Shown here: piece by piece, positions 45,235 to 53,668 of the stretch
How positions within the stretch are numbered: position 1 is the stretch's first letter
How the letters are laid out: every line of letters begins with the position of its first letter
IMG/VR virus record: IMGVR_UViG_3300023178_000019
Span: 1-64,000 of that record
DNA: 64,000 nt
Strand: one strand, 5' to 3'
Source of the DNA: a virus
Notes under the pieces: generated by a model
Databases searched by the model: none
What the model was told of the DNA's origin: nothing
Seen by the model: only the letters and a program-made list of their open reading frames with translations
Position numbers and translations under genes: made by a program

Positions 45235-45933
45235 ATGTATAGCATAAACTGGAGCAATAAAAAATCAGACAACACTGTATCCGATAAAAAAGAATCTGCG
45301 ATTCGATACAGTACAGATAAAACAGAAGAAGAATATAATATTCCATTCTACGATACTGTGAATAATATTGCACCAAAAGTTGTTGTAGGTTTAGATAGAG
45401 ACGGTGTTATTAATGTTGATCGTGGAGACTATACCTACAAGGTAGACGACTTTGAACCGATCGAAGGTAGTTTAAAAGCAATAGCTAAAATTCGTAGACT
45501 AGGTCATAAAATTGTTATTATAACAAATCAAGGCGGTATAAGTAAAGGCATTTATACTCAAAACGATGTTGACACTGTACATAATCATATGTTTAATTTA
45601 TTAGGTGAAGCAGGCTGTGCAAGTATAGATGCTCTTTATTATAGCGAAACTAGTGCTAGATGGGACCAGTATGCAAAACCTAATACCGGTATGTTTAAAA
45701 GATGTGAAAAAGAATTTCCTTTTATTAAATTTTCAAAAGGATTTTATGTAGGCGATAAAATATCAGATCTAAAAGCTGCTTTTAAAATGGGAGCAAAGCC
45801 TGTACTAGTAAAAACAGGCTACGGAAATGAAACGTTAAAAGAACTTAACAAGTTTTCTAATCAAAAAATTAAAAAGAAAACTATTGTTTTTGATAATTTA
45901 TCTAGCTTTGCTGATTGGTTATCTCGTCGATAG
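45235..45933 (+). CDS. gmhB: D,D-heptose 1,7-bisphosphate phosphatase (HAD IIIA)
   Basis: LDRDGVIN, TNQGGI, KPNTGM, VGDKISD, LVKTGYG; in hld operon. Confidence 0.9.
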   Translation: MYSINWSNKKSDNTVSDKKESAIRYSTDKTEEEYNIPFYDTVNNIAPKVVVGLDRDGVINVDRGDYTYKVDDFEPIEGSLKAIAKIRRLGHKIVIITNQGGISKGIYTQNDVDTVHNHMFNLLGEAGCASIDALYYSETSARWDQYAKPNTGMFKRCEKEFPFIKFSKGFYVGDKISDLKAAFKMGAKPVLVKTGYGNETLKELNKFSNQKIKKKTIVFDNLSSFADWLSRR

Positions 45934-46525
45934 CTATTCCAAAATTTGCACTAATAGTGGATCTTAATTCATCAGCCTTGTGTGTTGATACATAATGATC
46001 TAAACTAGCAGGAAAGAAAATAATATCCCCTTCTTCTAGCGGCGGCGTAACTCTTCTTCCCATAAACGGTTTGTTTGTAAAGCATTGTGCAAGATGTACC
46101 GGAAAATGACTGTAACTAGAATCATAAAAAGAAAAACTTGCACTGTTTGGTGGTAACTTTAACATATATGCACAGCTAATTACTAAATTTCCACCACTAT
46201 GGGAATGTACTTCTTGGTATTGTCCTTTTGTATATCTATTTGCCCATGCTTGTCCGTACATTTTTTCACATGCTTCTTGTGACAATCCTATAGAATATGC
46301 ATATTCGTCTACTAAATTATAAACAGTTTTAAAAAACAAATGCCAAGGAAATAAACTATTTTTTTCATCATTTTGAATTGTTGTTCTACAGTCACAATCC
46401 CAAAATGTTGCTTGATCAAAATTATCTTCAGACTCAATAAAAGGAGTAAATCCTTTTAAAATTTCTTCGTGATTAGGCATTTTTGTTTTATATACAGGTG
46501 TGCCAAAAATTACATTAAGACTCAT
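45902..46525 (-). CDS. Putative 2OG-Fe(II) oxygenase-like protein
   Basis: WAN.Y..GQYQEVHSH, EGDIIFFPASLDH.V, R.TISAN. Confidence 0.75.
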   Translation of the reverse strand: MSLNVIFGTPVYKTKMPNHEEILKGFTPFIESEDNFDQATFWDCDCRTTIQNDEKNSLFPWHLFFKTVYNLVDEYAYSIGLSQEACEKMYGQAWANRYTKGQYQEVHSHSGGNLVISCAYMLKLPPNSASFSFYDSSYSHFPVHLAQCFTNKPFMGRRVTPPLEEGDIIFFPASLDHYVSTHKADELRSTISANFGIAIDEITNQQS

Positions 46526-48308
46526 TTTTTACCTTTACTAACTTTTTCTTTTCTGGCAAATACAAATATTCAATTTTACTTTTTGCTAGTGTATGGAATG
46601 CATCTTCTAAAGTTTCAACTAGAGGATCGCCGCCTAAATTAAAACTTGTATTAAAAATAATCGGACAACCTGTCTTTTCTTTAAAGGCTTTAATCAAATC
46701 ATAGTAGTTTGCATTTTGTTCTCTGTTAACAGTTTGAATACGGCAAGTTCCGTCTACGTGAATAATAGCAGGAATCTTTTCTTCTACTCCGGGCTGACAA
46801 TTAACAGCATACATCATTGTAGGAGAGTTTTTCATACCTCGCAAGTCAAACCATTCATGCACATCTTCTTCTAGAATAGATCCTGCAAATGGGCGGAAAT
46901 ATTCTCTGTTTTTAACACGATTTACAAAATCTTTTCCGTCAGGATCTGTTGGATCATAAAGAATACTTCTATTACCTAATGCACGTGGGCCGTTTTCACT
47001 ACGTCCTTGAAATATTGTAACAATATTTTTGTTTGTAATTAAGTCGATAACATCTTCATTAGTAGCATCTGTAACTTCGGCAGAGTATTTTTTTGCTAGT
47101 TGTTGGATATCACCTTCTGTAATTTTATAATCTGGTCCTAGATAAACAGTTTCAGCTTGAGAATCAATCGACATATCTTTAGTAAGACTTCTATGTAACC
47201 ACAATGCTGCACCCATTGCAGTGCCGCCGTCATTTGAAACCGGCTCTACATAAAGATTAATATCATTGTCTATCTCTTTTAAATAATGATAATTTGCAAC
47301 ACAATTCAACCCATATCCACCGCTTATAACAACATTTTTAATTCCTGTAGATTCAACAGCATGTTTTATTAGTTGAGTTACCGCTGCTTGAGATTCTACT
47401 TGTACTGCATATGCCATATCTCTTCTATTTTGGCATAGTGTTGCATCTTCTTCACCTTTGTCAATCAAATAACTATATAAATTTTCGTTTAGAATAGAAC
47501 CGTTTGGATATCTCGGAACAAATAAACTTCTATTACTTACTGGAATAGGCAAATCAGTATATGGATCAAATACCGGAGGAATTAAATCATTAGGTTTACC
47601 ATATGGAAATAATCCCATAGTTTTTCCAGCTTCAATGGCATCCCAGCCACAGTATTCTGTTACACCCTCATAACACTTAACAATGCCTGCTCTATCAGAT
47701 AACGAAGTTGAAAATTTACCTATTTCTTTACCAAAAATATCTTGATCAGGTGCTGTAAGTTCTGCTGTTGGCAGATAGTCTCTACAACCCATAGTTTTAA
47801 AAAGAGTTTGTATATTGTCTGGATATGTACATTTATATAATGTTTCAGTTTCCCACATATGTTTTATAGATCCGTCAACTTCTAAATCAAAACAAGTCCC
47901 AGCACCGTCAACAATAACTGCTACTGCTTCTTCAAAGCCACTTCTATAAAATGCTAAACTGGCATGCATTTTATGATGTAGTTTAGATACATCGATTACT
48001 TGTGGATGCGGATCCCAAGGCGGAGAATACTCTATTAGACCTACTTTTCTAGCAAGACCTGTGTAAATATCCTCAGCAGTATAATCAACTCTACCAGCTG
48101 TTTCTGCAAGAGTTTGTGTATGCGATATTACCATGTAATCAAGTTTGTCTGTATACTCTAAAATTTTTAGAATTGACGCTAACGGTCCTCCATCGTACTT
48201 TTTACGAGTAAGTCTTTCTTCTTCAATAGAAAAAACTATTTCTCCATCTTTTAATAAGCATACTCCAGCATTGTGTCCTCTAGCAAGTCCTGCTATCCAC
48301 ATACTCAT
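46515..48308 (-). CDS. O-carbamoyltransferase (CmcH/NodU family)
   Basis: EEERLTR.K, HH..HA..AFY.S, DGAG, GKTMGL.PYG, SGG..LNC.AN, E.GPRALGNRSIL, RE.FRPFA, HVDGT.R.QTV, NTSFN. Confidence 0.93.
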   Translation of the reverse strand: MSMWIAGLARGHNAGVCLLKDGEIVFSIEEERLTRKKYDGGPLASILKILEYTDKLDYMVISHTQTLAETAGRVDYTAEDIYTGLARKVGLIEYSPPWDPHPQVIDVSKLHHKMHASLAFYRSGFEEAVAVIVDGAGTCFDLEVDGSIKHMWETETLYKCTYPDNIQTLFKTMGCRDYLPTAELTAPDQDIFGKEIGKFSTSLSDRAGIVKCYEGVTEYCGWDAIEAGKTMGLFPYGKPNDLIPPVFDPYTDLPIPVSNRSLFVPRYPNGSILNENLYSYLIDKGEEDATLCQNRRDMAYAVQVESQAAVTQLIKHAVESTGIKNVVISGGYGLNCVANYHYLKEIDNDINLYVEPVSNDGGTAMGAALWLHRSLTKDMSIDSQAETVYLGPDYKITEGDIQQLAKKYSAEVTDATNEDVIDLITNKNIVTIFQGRSENGPRALGNRSILYDPTDPDGKDFVNRVKNREYFRPFAGSILEEDVHEWFDLRGMKNSPTMMYAVNCQPGVEEKIPAIIHVDGTCRIQTVNREQNANYYDLIKAFKEKTGCPIIFNTSFNLGGDPLVETLEDAFHTLAKSKIEYLYLPEKKKLVKVKNES

Positions 48309-49285
48309 ACATTTTCTCCGAAATTTTCTTTTGGTTGTTTAGGTGCAGTCTTAATAGACTTACCTACAGTTTGTTTAATTGATTTTACGATATCATTAAT
48401 ATGTTCTTTGCTCATATTCATTGCTTTATCGTTTAATCTATCTGGTTCTTCTTCAGTACTTACACGTATAGGACTATAAACTCTTCTACCGTCTCCTATA
48501 TCAAACACTGTTATATCTTTGTCATTTAGATAAGTTGTGTTGATAGGAAAAGTACTTCCTGTAATTACAGTTGCTTGTTTTCCTAAAGATTTTGCAATAT
48601 GTTGTCCTACACTGTCACAACCTAAGAAATGATCAGCTGCTTCTATTACACCTGCCCATATTCTAATATCCGGTATTTGAGGTTGTGCAAGCGGAGTGTT
48701 ATCGCCGTCTTCATTATAAAATGGTAAGGGAAGTTCACTCATAATAATAACACCATAATCTTGTTTCAGTTGATTAGCAATATCAAGCATATCTTCTGCT
48801 CTAAAACTTCTAGATGTTTGGTCTATTAAACTTTCTTCAACACCTCGGCCAAATGGTTGTATTACAATAACTTTATTAAATCCAGTAACATCTTTTACTT
48901 CTTGTACTACTGATTTTCCATTATGCTGTTCTGATTTATTAAGATATATGTTAGGTATAGGTACTTCTCTTATGCCTTGTTTATTAATTTCAATATCAAA
49001 TGCTTGTGCAAGACTACATTTTTGATTATAATATTCCCATATACGATATGGTTCTGGACTTACACAATTTCTATCTTTGATATATTGTTCAAATAATCCT
49101 TTATGCCATACATCGTATGCACGTCTATGAAGTGTAGGATGTCCTTTATAAAAGTCAGTTCCGCCTTCGCAAACAATAATAAAATCGTCATTTGGATTTT
49201 CTTTTTCATATAGTTCAAGTGCTGGAATTGAGGTTATAACACGACCGGCACCGCCGTTAATAAAGAATGCTGTAGATCTAGTCAT
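48305..49285 (-). CDS. GT9-like (heptosyltransferase-type) glycosyltransferase
   Basis: GGAGRVITSIPAL....NP N-terminus; ADHFLGCDSVGQHIAKSLGK...I.GST (cf. GNDSGPMHLAAALG). Confidence 0.7.
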   Translation of the reverse strand: MTRSTAFFINGGAGRVITSIPALELYEKENPNDDFIIVCEGGTDFYKGHPTLHRRAYDVWHKGLFEQYIKDRNCVSPEPYRIWEYYNQKCSLAQAFDIEINKQGIREVPIPNIYLNKSEQHNGKSVVQEVKDVTGFNKVIVIQPFGRGVEESLIDQTSRSFRAEDMLDIANQLKQDYGVIIMSELPLPFYNEDGDNTPLAQPQIPDIRIWAGVIEAADHFLGCDSVGQHIAKSLGKQATVITGSTFPINTTYLNDKDITVFDIGDGRRVYSPIRVSTEEEPDRLNDKAMNMSKEHINDIVKSIKQTVGKSIKTAPKQPKENFGENV

Positions 49286-49311
49286 TAAGATACCTTTTTG
49301 TAATTACAAAA

Positions 49312-49319
49312 TATTTATA
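49312..49319 (-). promoter_or_regulatory. T4-type late promoter TATAAATA for the GT9-carbamoyltransferase-oxygenase unit
   Basis: Exact T4 late consensus, downstream of a terminator. Confidence 0.7.
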
Positions 49320-49355
49320 GTACACTTGATCCTATAATTACAAAAATGGTTTCAT

Positions 49356-49386
49356 AAAAAAAGGCTGTACAAATATACAGCCTTTT
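49356..49386 (-). terminator. Intrinsic terminator after fibre/assembly genes
   Basis: AAAAGGCTGTA-TATTTG-TACAGCCTTTTTTT. Confidence 0.85.
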
Positions 49387-49404
49387 AAGTTTTATATGTA
49401 ACAG

Positions 49405-50244
49405 TTATTCACCGTATGGGTTATTAGAATCATAGCCTTCAACGCCATACTCTTCATTTAGTTCATCACACTCTGGCCAACAAGAATCAACAAAGATTAA
49501 ATCAATTCCTGCATCTTGCATTACTTGCGGAAAGTCTCTAAGACGTTGCTTGTATGTTTCGATGCCTGCGGCTCTGTCTGCATCTACGCTTGAAAAAACC
49601 ATTGCCGGTGCATCTGCTTCGGCAAGTCTTTGGTTTCTCTCAACTTTTATCATAGGCCATGTCTGAGGTAGTCCCATTACATCTACGTTTGAATTTTTAT
49701 ATAGGTCTAACGAATTAGTTTCAAAGTTCCATATAGATTTTTTATCATCGTATAACTCGTCTGGATGAATTGGATATTCGTATGAAAAATGTCCATACCC
49801 TTCAATCGGAGTTGCAGGGATTGTTTTTTCACCAGGAGTTTCCTCCCAATCTTCTAAATCTTTATAATTATCATGATAATCTGATAAAACTTCAGCACCC
49901 AATGGATCTACAGTAGCATCGAGTTTAATAAGTTCTACTTCTTCTGGAATTTGACTAAAATCTTGTGTGATTTCTCTTGCTTCAAATTCTCTCCATACAG
50001 ACTCAAATGATCCTACAGGATTTGCTCCTTCCGTATCCTTCCAAGCATAAAAATAAAGATACTTAGGTCCTTTATATGTCATACTAATTGTTTCTGTTGT
50101 TTCACCGTCTAGATAATTATCATTAGGACAATCATATGTATAATTTACCTCAACCCACTCAGTACCGTGTTCATCAGTATCTGTTATAGTACGATAATCA
50201 ACTACTTCGCTTTCTAATTCATCATTTAAATTGTCATCAGCCAT
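49405..50244 (-). CDS. Tail fibre assembly chaperone-like protein
   Basis: W..IK.ERN.RL..AD....YKQ.LRD.PQ....WP C-terminal motif; follows fibre genes. Confidence 0.65.
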   Translation of the reverse strand: MADDNLNDELESEVVDYRTITDTDEHGTEWVEVNYTYDCPNDNYLDGETTETISMTYKGPKYLYFYAWKDTEGANPVGSFESVWREFEAREITQDFSQIPEEVELIKLDATVDPLGAEVLSDYHDNYKDLEDWEETPGEKTIPATPIEGYGHFSYEYPIHPDELYDDKKSIWNFETNSLDLYKNSNVDVMGLPQTWPMIKVERNQRLAEADAPAMVFSSVDADRAAGIETYKQRLRDFPQVMQDAGIDLIFVDSCWPECDELNEEYGVEGYDSNNPYGE

Positions 50245-50247
50245 TAA

Positions 50248-51111
50248 TTATCTCCAAGTAATTCTTACTAGTCCAGGATTTCCAGGTGTACCTCTACAGT
50301 TTCCTAAATCCTGTCCACACGTTGCTTTAATTAGATTTGACCCTGCCTTGGCAATTTGTCTAAATCCTTTACAACAATTTGTACAACCGCAGTACTTAGT
50401 ACCTGTCTGCATAGCATATTCGTGTCTATTTTTAATACCCCATGATTCTGATGTAGCACTTGCTCGTGAACCACAGTTCATGTTTGATCTGTATCTGTTA
50501 AAATAAGATTCGTTACCTAAGTCAACAAAATCCCATTTACAACCAATACATAGTCCTAAGTTACACATGCCTTCACTTCTGTTACCTTGGTTGATACAGA
50601 AGCATACACAATATAGATTGTATCCGCCTCTTCCGCCCGGTACACATCCGCAACATATACCCGATCCGCTAAACCAACTACCACATCCTCTTGGTGCATC
50701 ACAACAAGCCGTAAAACACCCACAACCGTTATTGGTTGTACCATTGCCGCCTGCTCCTACACAGTAGTTGTAACTACATCCTGGTACAAACTGTCCATCA
50801 ATTCTTCTAATAGTCTTCCGACCATAATATCCAGCATAAGCGCCACAACTTGCAATGTCGCAGAAACAGTTTCTACAACATTGGCCTGCTCCCGAGCCGC
50901 CGCCACTCCATACTTCAAATGTTATCTCTGATGCACACGTTGGTGCCGACCAACTTCCGCAACGTCCGCAGTGCGCTCGACATCCGTGCGGACCGTTACA
51001 CACTGAGCATGTATTAAAACATTGAAACATGCCCCCAGAGGTAACACCTTGTGTTCTTTGGCACGTTCCGTCTGGAAATCTAATACCATCTGCGTATAAA
51101 CAAGTTGCCAT
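50248..51111 (-). CDS. Cys/Gly-rich fibre-tip (adhesin-like) protein
   Basis: W.AP...ITFEVWSGGGSG, VGAGG, GG.GG, G.PGLVRITW glycine-rich scaffold with ~37 Cys. Confidence 0.7.
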   Translation of the reverse strand: MATCLYADGIRFPDGTCQRTQGVTSGGMFQCFNTCSVCNGPHGCRAHCGRCGSWSAPTCASEITFEVWSGGGSGAGQCCRNCFCDIASCGAYAGYYGRKTIRRIDGQFVPGCSYNYCVGAGGNGTTNNGCGCFTACCDAPRGCGSWFSGSGICCGCVPGGRGGYNLYCVCFCINQGNRSEGMCNLGLCIGCKWDFVDLGNESYFNRYRSNMNCGSRASATSESWGIKNRHEYAMQTGTKYCGCTNCCKGFRQIAKAGSNLIKATCGQDLGNCRGTPGNPGLVRITWR

Positions 51112-53316
51112 TTATTCCTCTCCTTTTAAACTATTTATTTCTGCTTTTAGTTCTTTGATTGCTTCAACTAATAATGGTACAAGTCTTTCGTATTGCAATG
51201 TTATGTAGTCATTGCCTGAAATACTTTCACCTTCTTCTCCTCTATCAAATGGAGCATCGTGAATCACTTGAGGAAGAACTTTTTGAACCTCTTGCGCTAT
51301 TAAACCTACTTCTTCGACTTCAGCACTAAATCCAGCTTCAATGGCTGTTTCATTCCAGTTATATGTTATACCGTTTAGTGACATAACTTTATCTAATGCA
51401 CTGTCAATGTTTTTAATATTTGTTTTAAGTCTTGCATCTGAAGTATTTGAAATAATATTTTCAGTAGCAGTAATACGTCCTGCAACGTTTGGATCTGCTG
51501 TGTTAACACCAATACAACGTACACTTGTAAGATTTTTGCTTGAGTCAAACAAATCATTGCCTGCCATTTTAATAGCACCAACGTTTACGTTAATACCTGT
51601 ATCGTCTAAAATTTGGAACCAAATTTTATTTGAATCTTCTGGTTCTTTAAAGTCTAATCCTTCAGGTGTTGCAAGTATTTCACAGTCAACGCCTGAGTCA
51701 CTTGAACCATTAAATGTAATACCTGGATTAGTAGTACCGTATAAGTTTATTTTACCGCCGTTATTATTAATAGTACCGTTAATAGTATGTGAGTCACTTG
51801 TTGCATTACCTAGTGTGCCGTTACCGTTATAACTAAAGTTACCACTTGCACTTAGACTTGTAAATGCACCTGAACTAGCACTACTTGCACCGATTGACAT
51901 ATTGTTAATTGTACCACTACCCGGGTTAAGTGTTAGTGACCCTGCTGGTGATATAGTAACTGTACCTGTACCACTTGGTGACATAGTTACGTTAGCATTA
52001 TTTGGTGAAAATGTAACTGTTGAGTTAGCATCGAGTGTTGTAAACTGTCCAGTACTTCTTGATACGTTACCAATTGCGCCTACAAAGCCGCCTCCTGAAT
52101 AAACACGTTTAGCAATACTTGCACCACCTTCACAACGTAACTGTCCTGTGTCACCTGTTGCATTTGTTGCTTCACCTGTGCCTGTAATATCTACTACACC
52201 ACTTGCTGTTACACTTGTAAAAGTACCTGTATTGCTACTTACGTTACCAATTGGACCTTGGAAACTACCTGAATAAAGTGCTCCGCTTACACCTAATCCG
52301 CCTGTTATAACTACTGTACCTGTTGTAGTATTAGTTGATGCTGTATTTGCTGTAAATGTTGTTGCACCGCTTGATGTTAGTGTAGTAAATGCACCTGTAT
52401 TAGCTGTACCGCTGCCAACTGGCCCATTGATTCCGCCTGCGTAGATTGATCCACCTACGCCTACACCACCTGTTACAACTACTGCACCGCTTCCTGTTCC
52501 TGAACTTGCTGTTGCAGAGCTAAGTGTTACATTACCACTTGCGTTAAGTGTTGTAAATCTACCAGTTCCTGGTGTTGTAGCACCAATATTCATGCCATCT
52601 ATTGTACCTGCACTGTCAGAACTAATTGTTACTGTAGTACCTGATCCTATTACTACTGGACCATCTGGATCTATAGTAACTGCTGAACCTGCATCTGTTG
52701 GAGAAATTGTAACAGTTTGTCCTGACGTTGTAAATTCAATGTTACCTGGAAAACTTGTAGTTTCTCCTGCATCACCGATTGATACTGTACCCGTACTAGA
52801 ACTTAAATTTAAGTTTCCTGCAGGACGAATAGTTGCTTGTCCGCCTGGCTGTATTGAGACGGAGGATTGCGGACTAATGTCAACTGTTCCTGTTCCTGTT
52901 GGTTTAATTTGTATGTTTTCATCTGCAGGATTAAGTTCTACTGGACCATCTGCATTTAGTACATCATTAAATGTAACTGGTAATTCAAATACTGTAGTAC
53001 CTGCTAACGCACTTGTTAGAACGTAATTAGTACCGTCTGATGTTAAAGTATAAGTTGAGTTTGTTGGAATATCAATCTCAGTACCTAGTGTAACACCGTT
53101 ACCAGTAATTTGTCCTGCTGCTGTACTAAGAGTAATCATATCAGCAGTAGCATTATAAAATGTTTGTTTGCTACCAGGGAAAAATACAGGACTTACCATT
53201 TCAACTGTATATCCCGGAGTTCCGGTTAAACTGATAATTCCACCTGTAAACGCATAGGTAAATTCTGTTGCTCCGGTTACTTCTAGCGTTTGTGGTGCTG
53301 TATTATAACGTGCCAT
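51112..53316 (-). CDS. Tail fibre with C-terminal intramolecular chaperone (peptidase S74)
   Basis: GAVVVTGGVGVGG and TGxFTTL repeats; SDARLKTNI...GLIAQEV..VLP...Y..LVPLLVEAIKEL. Confidence 0.9.
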   Translation of the reverse strand: MARYNTAPQTLEVTGATEFTYAFTGGIISLTGTPGYTVEMVSPVFFPGSKQTFYNATADMITLSTAAGQITGNGVTLGTEIDIPTNSTYTLTSDGTNYVLTSALAGTTVFELPVTFNDVLNADGPVELNPADENIQIKPTGTGTVDISPQSSVSIQPGGQATIRPAGNLNLSSSTGTVSIGDAGETTSFPGNIEFTTSGQTVTISPTDAGSAVTIDPDGPVVIGSGTTVTISSDSAGTIDGMNIGATTPGTGRFTTLNASGNVTLSSATASSGTGSGAVVVTGGVGVGGSIYAGGINGPVGSGTANTGAFTTLTSSGATTFTANTASTNTTTGTVVITGGLGVSGALYSGSFQGPIGNVSSNTGTFTSVTASGVVDITGTGEATNATGDTGQLRCEGGASIAKRVYSGGGFVGAIGNVSRSTGQFTTLDANSTVTFSPNNANVTMSPSGTGTVTISPAGSLTLNPGSGTINNMSIGASSASSGAFTSLSASGNFSYNGNGTLGNATSDSHTINGTINNNGGKINLYGTTNPGITFNGSSDSGVDCEILATPEGLDFKEPEDSNKIWFQILDDTGINVNVGAIKMAGNDLFDSSKNLTSVRCIGVNTADPNVAGRITATENIISNTSDARLKTNIKNIDSALDKVMSLNGITYNWNETAIEAGFSAEVEEVGLIAQEVQKVLPQVIHDAPFDRGEEGESISGNDYITLQYERLVPLLVEAIKELKAEINSLKGEE

Positions 53317-53331
53317 TCTTTATTCCCCTAA

Positions 53332-53652
53332 TTACGTTGTAGATGTTTCAATGCCGTACACAGTAACTCCAACATTTGATGCATCTGTGTTTACTACTAT
53401 ATTTAGTCCACCTTGCATAACTAAGCCTGTGCGTTCAAACACACCGTTTGGAATAATAATTGTATTCCATTCGATCCATTCTTCATCATTTGGCACGCCT
53501 GTAGTTGCCATTGCTAATTTCATTGAAATAGCGTTTTGGTTTCTATTAGTAATTGAAACGTTTGCTACTGCATATGTACCGACCGGAACAGTATATACAG
53601 TGGTGTCTGTATTTAATGTTAAGTCTTGTACTCCTAGTCTTCCTGTTGCCAT
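53332..53652 (-). CDS. Small virion-type protein
   Basis: 106 aa beta-rich (TVYTVP...V.YGIE) between fibre genes; GGAG SD. Confidence 0.7.
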   Translation of the reverse strand: MATGRLGVQDLTLNTDTTVYTVPVGTYAVANVSITNRNQNAISMKLAMATTGVPNDEEWIEWNTIIIPNGVFERTGLVMQGGLNIVVNTDASNVGVTVYGIETSTT

Positions 53653-53668
53653 TTTTAATTCTCCGTCC

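Noticed and set aside
2454-48308. Bacterial chromosome or prophage interpretation based on kds/hld/recA/dnaE-like genes
   Set aside because: These genes are interleaved and overlapping with T4-like core genes and share phage promoters; no integrase or host housekeeping synteny
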